In this document: positions 1 through 11,916 of the stretch, piece after piece
Layout: the number at the start of each line of letters is the position of its first letter
Position numbering within the stretch: position 1 is the first letter of the stretch
Virus record (IMG/VR): IMGVR_UViG_3300020179_000005
Span: 124,001 to 188,000 of that record
Reading direction: 5' to 3' (one strand)
Length of the DNA stretch: 64,000 nucleotides
Made by a program: the position numbers and the translations under genes
The notes under the pieces: model-generated
The model's database searches: none
Seen by the model: the letters and a program-made list of their open reading frames with translations, nothing else
What the model was told of the DNA's origin: nothing

Positions 1-516
1 ACCTGCACCAAACAAAGGGGTTCCAGCTTCGACTCCAAGTGTACTTCTTAAACCACCCATCTTTAATTTTCCAGATTGCTCCAATTTATTTAAGAGTCTG
101 TGTCCTTGAGCAAAAGTGTAAATTCCAGAACCCTGTGATCCAGCGGTAAATACCGACAAAGAGTGCATCCTTGTCATTGCCCTTGGCCTCATAGTTATAT
201 TGTTTAATCTCGATGGTTTTACAAACGGATCTTTACCTGCTATATTTCTGCGTTTTCCAAAAAGAAAAGATTTTTCAGTGGCTGCAGTTGGTGACATTGC
301 TCCTTTTTGAAAAATTCCAAACTTTGACCTTGAGTTTGCAAAGCGCGTGGTGTCGTCCATGAATCCACCGCGTATGAGAGTATTTGAACCCCTAAACGAA
401 CTAAATCCAATAGATGCCGTTATACCAGGAATGTGCTCTATCATTCTTTGGGCTAAAGGAGTCTCAGTATTCAATGTCCCCATTGACTGATCGTAGTCAT
501 CGTAAGATAAAGGCAT
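1..516 (-). CDS. Hypothetical protein, runs off the left edge (MPLSYDDYDQSMGTLNTETPLAQRMIEHIPG...)
   Basis: Open frame from ATG at 516 to the window edge; directly follows the stop at 519 of the upstream minus-strand gene. Confidence 0.65.
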   Translation of the reverse strand, partial: MPLSYDDYDQSMGTLNTETPLAQRMIEHIPGITASIGFSSFRGSNTLIRGGFMDDTTRFANSRSKFGIFQKGAMSPTAATEKSFLFGKRRNIAGKDPFVKPSRLNNITMRPRAMTRMHSLSVFTAGSQGSGIYTFAQGHRLLNKLEQSGKLKMGGLRSTLGVEAGTPLFGAG

Positions 517-518
517 TT

Positions 519-1137
519 TTATCCTCTCGAATTGTGCATTCCGAGAACAATATCTCCTGATGCGTTTAGTGCTTCTGCGTTTCTCAAAGACACGTTATTG
601 TACGGGCTTTGATCATAAAATTGTCTATTTCTTTCAAGGTGACCTTTTGTGTACATAGCAGGAAAAGCAGCTGCACCTGTTACGGCACCAAGTATTGCTC
701 CTGCGGCTCTTGTTTTTGCTCCACCTATAGAAAATGCTTTACCTTCTCTTCCTATTGCTGCTACCGCATTTCCAATTGTTTTTCTGGGAGTTCTTGCCAC
801 AAGACTAGTTGCTCCGATATCCAAGTCCGCCACCAACTGCAGCACCGACTCCGGCTAATCCGGCAGCAAAACCCACGCCCCTAGCGGGATCAACCATAAA
901 TTTATCTTGTGGAGCCGAATACTGCATTGCCCCCCCAAGAGGACCACCCATTGCTGAGCCTATTAAAAATCTTGCAGAAACGTTTTTACCTAAAAATGCT
1001 GCATCTGCATTTGGATCCCCAAGTGCGGCTTCCATCGCGCCTTCCCTAACAGAAGGTCCAATCCTACTGGCCGCCCCCATGGCACCAGCTACACCTAGAG
1101 CCCCAATCATCGCTGCTCTACCAAGACCTAAAGCCAT
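519..1137 (-). CDS. Gly/Ala-rich hydrophobic hypothetical protein, split by a +1 frameshift near 815-825
   Basis: ORFs 805..1137 and 519..845 overlap and join (…GGGLG-x-GATSLV…) if one base is removed. Confidence 0.6.
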
Positions 1138-1142
1138 TTAAA

Positions 1143-4100
1143 TTACACTCCCGAATATAGATGGTTGTATTTATCATTTCCCATTCGATGATGGTTTATT
1201 CTATTTCTGTCTAAGTTTCCTACCACTCCAGCGGTGACCAGAGGGTCTCTTCTTCTTGCATTCATTGGCTGAACTCCCCTTGTTTCATCCATAGACATTC
1301 TCCCAGCGTACTGCTGTATAGGTTGTTCGTCCATTGTTTCATTATAAACGTCATTTTCACGAGTTCTTTTATACATATAGTAACCAGCTGCTGCCGCAGT
1401 CATACCTATGCCAATACCTTTTAATCCACCTTTATTTTGAATAAGACTCTCTATAAACTCATTGGCTTGCATTCCAATCATTCTTCTTTTTTGTCTCATT
1501 CTTAAGATTCTTTGAGTTGATTTTGACATACCAGATATTGCGTCGCTAATCGCTCCCATAACGCCTTTTGTTCCATCTGCTTCGCCTCTTATTCTTTTTG
1601 CTGCTTCGGCCATATCATCTGCAGCTGCTCCACTACCTTTCGTTACATTTTTACTTTCAAATCCGGTCAATACGAGCGTAGATTCATCGGCACTAGTTTT
1701 TGCGTAATGTGCCCTTAATGATCTAATGTGAACGTCGTTGTCAATTTCAATTCCAGCTGCTCTAGCTGATCTTACAAATCTTTCCGTTTCTTTTTCGCCG
1801 GCGTACGCAACTCCGATTCCGCCATCATCTATTTTTTGAGCTATTGTCTTTATTATAGTTTCTTCCGATGCTCCCCTTTCTCCCATGTTAATAATTGCTT
1901 GAAGGGATTGACGAGCCGTAGCTAATTCTTCTGTCAATGCTGTTTGAGTTGCTTTATTTCCCCTCAATAGTTCGGATCTGTCATTCATTATGTAATCGTA
2001 TAAATTTTTTGCTACCACTTCAGAACTGGATTTACCTTCTTGTTCAGCTAAATGAAAAAATACATTTAATTGGTCTTTTTTGGAAACTCTTGCAACGCTT
2101 AAACTAAAATCACCCTTACTCAGGACATCTTCGCCCAAAGCTTCCTTCACTATCTGCATGGGTACAAAAATTCTTTCAGCTATTTGTTCCGATGGAGTCA
2201 CTCCGGCTCGAAAGACGTCAATTTTTGATCCAGTTTTAAAATGAGAAACTCCGTATTCAGACATTAGGTCTTTGTTTTTTGCGTATCTAAAATAGTGAAC
2301 GTCTTGCGAAGCGGCTTTTCTAGCTGATTCCGAAATACTTATATCGGAAGAAGCGGCTATTGCTCTTTCTCTAGCGGATCTAAGCTCATCAGAAGTTGAT
2401 TGAGCAACTATGGTACTAAACATTCTACCCTGATTACTCATTTTTACATGGGGTGATCCTATGTCTATTGCTGCCTCTGCTAACTCCAACGCCGTTCTTG
2501 CAGTCGCATTATTTAAGCCCGGATTAAATTGAGCTTCTCCCTTAACCGCTTTGAAAAACGGAGTTTGACCTCCTAATAAATCGTAAGTTTTACCCATTGA
2601 CGCAATAAGTCTTTTTTCGTCTAATGCAACAGTTTCGCCAACCTGGGAGCTCAAACTACTTAAATTTCTTACTATGTTTTCAACTTCGTCAAGTTGACTC
2701 GCCTCTCTGTAGTTTATTCCTAAATCAAGTATTTTCCCAGCCCTGGTATTTATTGATACCGATTCCCCGACAGTCACTCCAGCTGGTCGGGGAAGATCGA
2801 TTGTTTCCACAAAACTTTCATCAATACTTTGATCTATAATTTCTCTTAAGTGTGTTCTTGTTAGATCTGTATCTAATTCAAAGATGTTTTCTCCAACCCT
2901 AAATACGGATTGTCCTCTTTTTTTGTCAAAACTAATTATTCCCTTTGATTCTTTTAGGTCTTCGGCAAGATCACCGCGGTGGCGTAAATAATCCTTTCCC
3001 GGTTATCTCATCCAAAGTGGATGTTATCTGTACTTCATCTATAAATTTATCCTTGACTATGTTTCTTACGGCCATAGAAAGATGAGATACGTCTGCTATG
3101 TTTGTGGTTGGAGTTAGTGCTGCTGATTGAAATACCTTTGCCTGCGCCCCCCTAACCAAACTACTGTATCCTGATCTCTCTTTTTGATCTACGATCCTTA
3201 GAGCAAATGGATCTTTCTGTTCTTGCAATCCTATGTTAATATATTTCTGCACATAACTTTGAAGCATTGCATCCGTGTCCGCCATGTGTGTTCCGCCATA
3301 AATTTTATGAAACAATTGTCTGGCTTTCTCTCCTGTTTCGCCTGCTTGTTGTGCTTCTTTTTCAATTAACTCAAGAAGATTTGTCCTCATTGCTATGGCT
3401 TCTACTGAGGCCGTTGCGGCTGATTGTCCCATTTTAGCTCGTGCTAAAAATTCAGGAGAGTATAACAATTCGTTAAATCTTTTTAGGTGAGCTGCGTCAT
3501 CGAACTTCCCCGACGCATCCAAAAAAGTTTCGCCTAGCTCATCTATCTTTTGTTGCACTAGCCTATTCATATGCACTCTTGATACCTCTAAGGTATCGAT
3601 GATAAAATTCGCTTCACGGTCTGCCATTCTTTTATGAAATTTATCTGTAGCTTCCATAGCTGCTTTATGTTCACTAAAACCTGCTTGTTGTTTTGCGGTG
3701 TTCGTCATTGCCTGAATATCAAATAATACGTTATGGCCAGAAACATGATCGGCTTCCATCAATTTTTCCATGAATCTTGCGTAATTATCTAAAAAATCTT
3801 TTCCGCCTCTTGAATCACTAATAATTCTTGCTCTACTACTTCTTGCTTGTTCAGAAAAGAACTCTGTTAAAGATTTGCTTCCGGCAACTGTTATTCCGCC
3901 CAACTGTCTACTATTGTACGTAAAATTGAAATCATCCAAAAGACGTATGTTTCCATTTATGTTTTCGCTTATTGCAAATGATCTTACTTCGGAACCCTCG
4001 AATACCCCAGTTGTTTCCACGTCAAAAGTATAAATTTTTTTACCAACTAAAGAATCTGAAAGTTCTTTATAATTCGTTGTTTGCTCCAGGGTATTAACTC

Positions 4101-4572
4101 CCATTAAATTAGATATACCCACATTAAACGCGTCCATATCTGATATTCTTGGATTTATATTAAATATTGTTCTATTTAAAAGCGTAATTATTCCGTGATT
4201 AACATTTGTTGTATCAACGTTGTATTTAGCTGCTTTCCTATAAAGGTTTGTGCTTGGAAGTTGTTGACCTGGAAGTCCAATTTCTGCAAATAACCTTGGG
4301 AGCTTTAAAACTTCATTTGTATATTCGCTTTTCATCATTGCCATACTTGCTTCGTCGAGAATAGATAAGTCTATCTTTCCACCGGCAATCAGTGTATCTA
4401 AATTAACTCTTCCTACTTTAGCTGAATTAACTTTTCCAGTCTCTAACAGTTTTATGTATTTTTCGTGAAATTCAGAATATCTTTGCAGGAATGCTTCAGG
4501 AGTTCCGTAAATTTCCTGTAATTTCGCAACGTCTAACCCTGACGGGGCGAGGCCGCTTGTGGTGTAATCCAC
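1143..4572 (-). CDS. ~1140-aa protein with a DEDDh (DnaQ-like) 3'-5' exonuclease domain, frameshifted near 2975
   Basis: Motifs FDVETTG, GHNVLFDI, IDTL, HMADTD in 2971..4572; the frame of 1143..2810 stays open up to ~2972 and joins on removing one base at CCGCGG. Confidence 0.7.
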
Positions 4573-4598
4573 CTAAATTTACCGAACTGTATATGTCA

Positions 4599-5333
4599 CT
4601 AAGAGGCATTGTCTGTTTTGTCCGTATCAATAATTTGAGATTCTATGTACTCATCGAGTTCGTATGTTCCCAATTTTTGTTTCAAAAGTTTTTCTTTTTC
4701 TATTTGGATAGATTGAACCTTGTACAATATGTCGGAGATTGCTTGAGCGCTGTCTATTTGCATCTGGCCAGCTTTGGCTTTTGCTTCTCTTGTTGCCAAG
4801 AGTTGATTTCTTAAGTCTTTTCTTCTTTTATGCAGCTTGTCTTCAAGTTCAACCGCAAGATGCAATTCTTTTTTAAGTACCGGCATTCCGTTTTCATCAA
4901 TACCAATTACGTTTTCTTGTACAAAATGTTCTTTTGCCAAAAGCTTTGTTTTTCTAAGGTATTGAACTTCTTGATCAACAAGATCTCTTATCATTGACAC
5001 CTCAATGAGATTGTCTGGATGTACATCTAATTGCTCCATATACTCCATTGTGAATTGAGAAACCATTGACATTTCTATTGGACATGGATTTCCTTTTGGG
5101 GCCAGGTTTTGCTTAAGTAAGGGACAGGTATCTGCAAATATACATTTTTGAGCTTCGCAATTCATCGGGATCGAAGAAAACATGCTGCTTCGTGTTTTTT
5201 GCGGCCTTACCAATTCAACGGCTTTTGTTTTATCTTCATCCGACCAGTTTTCGGGAAAAAATAAATCCGGTCTTAGAGATTCAAATTCTTTCAGGAATTT
5301 TTTTTTGTCGTCAAATTTTTCTATGTCAGCCAT
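4599..5333 (-). CDS. Conserved-looking phage hypothetical protein (Cys cluster plus coiled coil)
   Basis: 244-aa ORF in a tightly packed run; CxxxxCxxxxxC..CP cluster. Confidence 0.7.
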   Translation of the reverse strand: MADIEKFDDKKKFLKEFESLRPDLFFPENWSDEDKTKAVELVRPQKTRSSMFSSIPMNCEAQKCIFADTCPLLKQNLAPKGNPCPIEMSMVSQFTMEYMEQLDVHPDNLIEVSMIRDLVDQEVQYLRKTKLLAKEHFVQENVIGIDENGMPVLKKELHLAVELEDKLHKRRKDLRNQLLATREAKAKAGQMQIDSAQAISDILYKVQSIQIEKEKLLKQKLGTYELDEYIESQIIDTDKTDNAS

Positions 5334-5508
5334 TAAAATCTATCCATTCAGATTGAAATTTTTCATCATTAACAAACATTTCAGACACTGCCGATTTACA
5401 ATAAGTACAATAATAATCTTTAGATATTATAACAGCTTTGTCGCTTTTTCTTTTTTGTTTTTTTGACAAAATTAAAGATAGTTGCGATTCACATCTTGGG
5501 CAGTTCAT
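5326..5508 (-). CDS. Small zinc-ribbon protein
   Basis: CPRC and CTYC motifs; overlaps neighbouring start/stop codons. Confidence 0.6.
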   Translation of the reverse strand: MNCPRCESQLSLILSKKQKRKSDKAVIISKDYYCTYCKSAVSEMFVNDEKFQSEWIDFNG

Positions 5509-5927
5509 TAGATTTCTCCGAGAAGTTTTAGAAGACCTTTCTGAAGTTTTTCTTGCACTGCTACATCCTGGGCGGCATTCACGAAAGTACTTACTTCTCT
5601 CATTTCATCGGGAGAAAGATAAGATGAAACCCTATACCTTGCGCCCTTGCATATGTCGCAATATATTTCTTGTTCTTCTGAATAACAGTCGCATTTTTCT
5701 ATTATTTCAAAATTCTCTAGAGCCTCTGCTGTATTTAACCATTTGTTTTTAAATAGTTTTTTTGTTTGCTCTTTGTAGGCTCTCAACTTTTGAGGATCAT
5801 TAGACAGTAAAGTTCCCATATCTAAAGAATGTTTCATTAACTCATTTATACTTTTATATAAAAAATTTGCTAGTTGAAAATCACCGTTTTTATCAATATA
5901 GTTTTTCCAGTTATTCATTGGTTTCAC
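5508..5927 (-). CDS. Hypothetical protein with CxC/CxxCxG cluster
   Basis: 139-aa ORF, translationally coupled to the next gene. Confidence 0.65.
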   Translation of the reverse strand: MKPMNNWKNYIDKNGDFQLANFLYKSINELMKHSLDMGTLLSNDPQKLRAYKEQTKKLFKNKWLNTAEALENFEIIEKCDCYSEEQEIYCDICKGARYRVSSYLSPDEMREVSTFVNAAQDVAVQEKLQKGLLKLLGEI

Positions 5928-6110
5928 CTAAATATGATTCTACTTTTGCATTTATGTATTCCATATATGGCTTAACGCCAAATCCCAAAAATGCATTGGA
6001 TGGTATTCCAAAGCCCATATTAACTCCACCCAAACCACCATTAATTATATTTTCGTCTAATTCAAATTCTTGCTCTTGTTTCATTACATATCACATCTTT
6101 CTTTTTTTAT

Positions 6111-7171
6111 TTAATATCTATAGTTACTTTGTCTTCCTCTCGAAGTGCCGCCTGATCTTCTTGATTGGACAACGCTAGCAGCGGCAACTACTCCAGCTCC
6201 AATTAGTGCATTTCTTTTAAAGTTTCTACTTTTCATCAAACCTGAAAATCTACTTGCCCTTCCTGGGCCCGGATTCGGAGCTTGTCCTGAAACATCGGCT
6301 AACGGACCGGCGCCTGCTGAAGATGCTGGAGCTACTGGTCTTGTTGGTGCAGCTGTCGGCGGAGCAGCACTTATTGGAACAGGCCTACTTACCCTTGGAG
6401 TTCCTCTACCCGTTCTTCTATCAAAGGCGGCAGCATCACGAGCATGCAAATCTTCGAGTGATGGAACACGTCTAGTTACCCTTGGAGTTCCTCTACCCGT
6501 TCTTGCATCAAAGGCTTTCGCTTGGTCACCGTGCAATGTAGACCCAAAACCTTCCATATCAATTGGCAAAGAGCGGGGTGATAATCGATGCCTAAGGGCT
6601 GCCCTTCGTGAATAGCCACTCTCAAGCATTGGAATATTTTGACTGCCCCTTGGTGCGTTTTGGGGTACACCCATTCCCATATCGCCGAAACGATAATCTG
6701 CGGCTCTACTTGCTCTGCTACTTGCTCTGTTTGATACGCTAGATTTTATTCTTCCCATCGATTCCCTTGCCCTACCCATAAAGCGGGAACGGGCAGTTTG
6801 TGGTTGCATCCTTTCAAGCATTGGGATATTTTGACTGCCCCTTGGTGCGTTTTGCGGTACACCCATTCCCATATCGCCGAAACGATGAACTTGCTGCTCC
6901 GTGTAGACCCAAAGCCTTCCATGTTAATTCCAAGATTTCTACCAGCCCTCATTCTTGAAGGTCGAGCAACACGATTAATAAATGAATTACCACGTGCACC
7001 ACTCAACCTGGGTGCTCTTGCTGGATCTAAGTTTGCAGCAGTGTTGGGGGCGGTAAGACTAGAATAGGGGGTGCGACCTTGGTGTCTTCTTCCCGCATTT
7101 TGATTGATTCCGGGTCTTACTCTTACTCCATCATAATTCATACCGGGAACATCTGGAAACATGTAGGGCAT
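6111..7171 (-). CDS. Arg/Pro/Gly-rich low-complexity protein with internal repeats, frameshifted near 6890-6905
   Basis: ORFs 6746..7171 and 6111..6872 share repeats (MEGFGST x2; RFGDMGMGVPQNAPRGSQNIPMLE x2; AFDxRTGRGTPRVxR x2). Confidence 0.6.
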
Positions 7172-7181
7172 TGTTGAAATC

Positions 7182-8598
7182 CTATTCTACTATTTTTGTT
7201 TTTTTACTTGGTTTCTTTAAAGAAAAAATAAAATTATCATCATTATAATCTATATTAAAAATAGTACCTTTTGGAATGGTACTTTGAACAATTATCTTAG
7301 ATATGCCAGTTTCTATTTGGTCCCTTCTTATTTGAGCCAATCCTCTAGCCCCCTTAACTGAATCTATGCCTTTTTCTATTAAAGCATCTATCACCCTAGT
7401 GTTGTACTCGGCAAAGAATCCTTTTTTGTTTAATTTTGAAGAAACTAGCTGCATTTCTAATTCTGCTATCTTTTCGCAATCTTGTCTAGAAAGATGATTG
7501 AAGATTACGATCTTGTCAATTCTGTTTAAGAATTCAGGTCTAAAATATTTTCTTACCGCGTCAAGCGTATTTCTTTCGACTAATGACTTAAGGGGTATGG
7601 CAGATGTCGATTGAACATAGTTAATGTTTTTATTGAATCCAGTACCTTTGCCTATCAAATGATCTACCGTTTTTTCGTTACCTAAGTTTGTTGTCAGGAT
7701 AATAATTGTTCCCCTAAAATCTATTATCTTACCTTTTGCATCGGTGATGGCTCCCTCGTCAAATATTGTTAAGAATGTGTTCCAAATGTCTGGATGGGCT
7801 TTTTCAACCTCATCTATGAGAACAACTGAATTTGGATTTTTTTCAATCTGATTTACTAACTGCCCACCTTCATCATGACCAACATAACCAGGAGGAGAAC
7901 CTATCAATTTTGAGTTTTCATGCTTATGTTGAAATTCGCCGCAGTCTATTCTAACCATAGGGATATTAGGATCAAATAAATAATTATGAAGAGTCTTTGC
8001 CAAATGTGTTTTTCCTACTCCAGATGATCCAGAAAATAGAAAAACTCCCAATGGCCTATTTGAATCGTTCATGTCTGCTTGAGACCTAACTAGTGCAGCA
8101 GATACAGTTTCTATTGCCTCATCTTGTCCTATGATGTTAGATTTTAGATGTTCTTCTAAATTAGCAAATTTTACTTTTTCTATTTTCTTTATCTTTTTTA
8201 TTTTTTGAGTGGGATGAGAAGAAGGTCTATCTTTATATTTTGAGATAATATTTTTTAACTCATCAAAATTATTATCCATTACATCGTCTATGTCAAAGTT
8301 AGTATTTGTGTAGGCAATTGATATCCAGTAATCTATATCAAGACCGGGATTTAGCATTACGCATCCGCGTATACAACGCTTCTATGCATCTTTCTGCGTT
8401 TGATCTAGTCATCAAACTTAGTGCATTTGAGACTTCTGTTTTTAGGTTATAAATTACGTATTGAAGAATTTTTCTTCTACGATCTTTTTCTGTTTTTACT
8501 GTTATCTCAGAAATAAATTTTTCTATTTGTTCGGGCTCGAGCACCTTATACTTGACAAACGTATTTAAATCAGGAACATATATTTGGTAAATCTTCAC
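7182..8598 (-). CDS. ClpA/ClpB-family AAA+ ATPase (second nucleotide-binding domain only), frameshifted near 8366
   Basis: IIGQDEAI, RPLGVFLFSGSSGVGKT (Walker A), LIGSPPGYVG, LIDEVEKAHPD, FRPEFLNRID, GARGL; ORF 8338..8598 joins on removing one base. Confidence 0.9.
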
Positions 8599-8984
8599 AC
8601 CAACCCCAAATCTATTTTCATATTTTTAATAAAACATATATACTTATATAGAATATTATTAATATATATATGTATATTAGTAATATAATATATAGTATAT
8701 ATAACTGGGGGTAGGGGGTAGGGGGTGCAATTCAAGTCTAGCAGGTTTAACATCGAATGTCAATTATTCTTATTCTTTTATTTTTTCTATCTTAGGACAG
8801 TTTTCCTGACACGGTCCCGCGTATGCCCAATATCTAAGTAAATCATCGACAGTATTAAACCTATTATTGAGAAGAAATCTAGCTCTGTAAAAATCTTGAC
8901 CAATTACATTTCTATGTTGCATCATATGTCCGTTCTGTGTATACTTGTTGACACCAAGTATACCACCAAAAAACAGAGGAAACT

Positions 8985-9248
8985 ATGACAAGTCAAACAA
9001 GCAAGTTGGAAGAGAAAAACCCTCAATTATTCTACAACATCAAGATTGCCAGAATACAAAAGATGTATACTCTATTAGACAAAATAAGACGTGCTCAACT
9101 CGGAACCGACAAACAATCTAGAGTAGAATATAGGTACATGGAAAAGCAACTTCTAGTTGAAATAGATGAAGAAATTAAATTGGCTGTTAACATGACAAAA
9201 AAATATAAGATAAATTTTTCTGAGAAAGATCTAATCAAAAATGTCTAA
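8985..9248 (+). CDS. Hypothetical protein
   Basis: 87 aa, AGAGGA RBS, overlaps the recA start. Confidence 0.6.
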   Translation: MTSQTSKLEEKNPQLFYNIKIARIQKMYTLLDKIRRAQLGTDKQSRVEYRYMEKQLLVEIDEEIKLAVNMTKKYKINFSEKDLIKNV

Positions 9249-10203
9249 TGAATCTAAAGGTTTAGAACTGGCAATAGCTCAACTTGAAAGACAGTTTGGT
9301 TCTGGATCTATAATGCGTCTTGGTAATTTCAATGTTGAATCTTGGCCTTCAGTTCCAACAGGAGCTCCTTCGCTTGATGCGATTCTTGGAATTGGCGGAC
9401 TTCCAAGAGGAAGAATAGTTGAGATCTATGGTCCAGAATCTTCTGGTAAATCAACCATTGCGCTGTCTGTTGTTACCGAAGCTCAAAAATTAGGTTTACG
9501 TTGTGCGTACATAGATGCTGAACACGCGTTAGATCCAATTTATATGCAATCGTTAGGAGTAGATTTAGATAATCTTTTGTTGTCACAACCAGATTACGGT
9601 GAACAAGCTCTAGAAATAGTTGATCGTTTAATTAAAACAGGGGAAATAGGAGTTGTTGTGATTGACTCTGTTGCCTCACTAATACCCAAGGCTGAACTCG
9701 AAGGTGAAATGGAATCTGCCCAAATGGGACTACAGGCAAGATTAATGGCAAAGGCTATGCGTAAACTGGTTGGCTTAGCCTCAGAAAATAAAACTCTCTT
9801 AATTTTTATTAATCAACTTCGTAATAAAATTGGAATTATGTTTGGTAATCCAGAAACAACTCCAGGCGGCATGGCCCTAAAGTATGCTGCGTCTGTTAGA
9901 ATCGACATTCGCAAGAAAGAAGACTTAAAGGATAAGGATGGAAACTCTATAGGAGTTGCCGTTAAGGCAAAGGTCATCAAGAATAAAATGGCACCGCCGC
10001 TGAAAATGACAGAGTTTGACATACTTTATGGTAAAGGTATAGACAAGTATGGTTGTTATTTTGACATTGCCATAGAAAAAGGAATATTTTCACAACGTGG
10101 AGCCTGGGTGTATTATGGAGACGAATCATTTGCACAAGGTAGAGATAACGCAATTCAGAAACTAAAAGAAAGACAAGATATTTTAGATTTAATTAAATCA
10201 TGA
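9241..10203 (+). CDS. recA: RecA recombinase
   Basis: GGLPRGRIVEIYGPESSGKST, IDAEHALDP, VIDSVA, QARLM, FINQLR, GNPETTPGG, KNKMAPP. Confidence 0.98.
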   Translation: MSNESKGLELAIAQLERQFGSGSIMRLGNFNVESWPSVPTGAPSLDAILGIGGLPRGRIVEIYGPESSGKSTIALSVVTEAQKLGLRCAYIDAEHALDPIYMQSLGVDLDNLLLSQPDYGEQALEIVDRLIKTGEIGVVVIDSVASLIPKAELEGEMESAQMGLQARLMAKAMRKLVGLASENKTLLIFINQLRNKIGIMFGNPETTPGGMALKYAASVRIDIRKKEDLKDKDGNSIGVAVKAKVIKNKMAPPLKMTEFDILYGKGIDKYGCYFDIAIEKGIFSQRGAWVYYGDESFAQGRDNAIQKLKERQDILDLIKS

Positions 10204-10488
10204 ACACACAAAAGATAAATCCCGCTGTTTGTCCAGATTGTAGTTTTCCGCCCAATTTTGCGGTCGTAGATCTTTCGAATAAAGATGACGTGCGACAAAA
10301 GTTTTCCGTTAAATGCAGAGACTGCGGAGATGAATGGTCGGAGTATTTGGAGAAAGATGAATACTAATCTAAAAGATTTAGAAAAGGATTATGACGATTG
10401 TCCGTGCGGCCAAACCGCCGCGACGAGAAAATTTTTTAATTTAATTCAAGATACTTTTTGCGGAAATAGAGATGAGGAAGACGATTAG

Positions 10489-10819
10489 TTGAATTACTAT
10501 ATCCGTATGGGAAAAGATTCATACAAGAGATTGATGGATATCTTTGCTCGTATGATAAAAAATCAAAGATCTGAAATAGTAAACTTTGCAGACATAAACG
10601 ATCCAGATCTAGAAAAGGTAATAACCATACATCCCGACGAACAAGGCAACTTGGTTATTTCCGTATTCAGCCCGGAACAATGGATGATGGTACAAGACGT
10701 TTGCCTAATGACCCGGCAAAGAAGAATCTGAAATAGTATCAGGATTAGAAGAAGACAATCTTACCAAAAAGATGATAATAGATCCCAAAGATTATCCTAA
10801 TACCAACATTGACTTTTAA
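10489..10819 (+). CDS. Hypothetical protein, +1 frameshift at ACCCGG near 10712
   Basis: Removing one C extends ORF 10489..10731 to TAA at 10819 (…TGKEESEIVSGLEEDNL…). Confidence 0.55.
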
Positions 10820-10869
10820 ATAATAAAAATTCCCCCTCCAGCAGGAATTGGGGAGTATATTTTTATATA

Positions 10870-11082
10870 TCAGTAATCGTATCCGTAATCATCCTCATCA
10901 TAAAAATCGTTGGCACTTACCAGTTGTTTTGATGCGCCGTAGTAGGTTTTCATTGTGTAAGCATCGTCGTATTCTTCTTCTATCCACTGTAGGCAATCAG
11001 GGCATCTGATGTTGTCCTCTGAGGTTTCTTGTGAAACCATGATTTCTGAGGCACATGACGGACAGTCTATGAATGTAGGCAT
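10870..11082 (-). CDS. Small zinc-ribbon protein with acidic tail
   Basis: CPSC and CPDC motifs; AAGGAAG RBS. Confidence 0.65.
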   Translation of the reverse strand: MPTFIDCPSCASEIMVSQETSEDNIRCPDCLQWIEEEYDDAYTMKTYYGASKQLVSANDFYDEDDYGYDY

Positions 11083-11343
11083 TTGTCTTCCTTTTTTGCG
11101 GGCGATTTTATGAATATGATGTAGCCGGACTATGACTATACACCATGGAACATATTATGACAACTTTTGTGAACATTTTTTGGCAACCCATATAAAGTCA
11201 TATAAAATCCTAATACCTTAAAATAAGGAAAAATTTATAAAGGGGTAATAGTGAGTATTGTTGGAACATCAAAGCTCTAACATGCCCACCCCGGTATGGG
11301 GGTTCTTATCCACGAATACCAACAACATGAGGAGGAAAAACTC

Positions 11344-11706
11344 ATGAACGCAATACTGAAGGCAATCCAGGATGTACTCGTGTACATTCGTACAAACATG
11401 CGTGAAGATGAGCACATTTGTGCTGATCCATCGCTGTACCAACTGATCACCTTGAGTGGTCAAGTCGACATTGACATCATTGCTGGTGCACTGTACCAGC
11501 TGTATGTCTGTGAGTCACGCACTGTTATCAAGCCACATTCGCATGTGTTCATGCGTCCTGAGGTGCAAGATGCAGTGTACGCAATACTCGGGAATGACGA
11601 ACATGCAAAGAAGGCTGTTCGTTATTCCATCGAGTCAATTCAACACGAACAAATGGCTGAGAAGTGGGCTGCAGAAGGCCGCCCAGTAATCAACCTTCGT
11701 CCATAA
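11344..11706 (+). CDS. Hypothetical protein (first cassette gene)
   Basis: GAGGAGG RBS before ATG 11344. Confidence 0.7.
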   Translation: MNAILKAIQDVLVYIRTNMREDEHICADPSLYQLITLSGQVDIDIIAGALYQLYVCESRTVIKPHSHVFMRPEVQDAVYAILGNDEHAKKAVRYSIESIQHEQMAEKWAAEGRPVINLRP

Positions 11707-11766
11707 GGCGAAACCCCTGCATACCCAGGGGTCATTGTGGTGTGAGAGACCACGATCTGAAGAGCC
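11707..11766 (+). ncRNA. Hammerhead ribozyme (type II topology), copy 1
   Basis: GGC-GAAA-CCCCTG/CAGGGG-TC-ATTGTGGT/ACCACGAT-CTGAAGA-GCC: intact CUGAnGA and GAAA core, GUC site (cleavage predicted after 11733). Confidence 0.85.
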
Positions 11767-11803
11767 ATCTCATATTCCCCGGTACGGGGGTTGCCCCTCT
11801 GAT

Positions 11804-11853
11804 AACAAGGGCTGTGCTGTGCGTCTGACACCACATTAAACACGAATCAGATA
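11804..11853 (+). repeat. 50-bp repeat (second copy 12991-13040), predicted H-type pseudoknot
   Basis: Stem TGTG-ct-GTG/CAC-CACA; loop GTCTGA pairs with TCAGAT in copy 1, ATCTGG with CCAGAT in copy 2. Confidence 0.7.
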
Positions 11854-11916
11854 AAGCGAGTTACACGCTTTCAGCTTTCTATTATGTAACACTTTTCCAC
11901 AAGGAGGAAAAGAGTC

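Noticed and set aside
519-10819. True pseudogenes or an alternative genetic code
   Set aside because: The breaks are frame changes rather than in-frame stops, motifs are intact, and all three stop codons end genes normally elsewhere.
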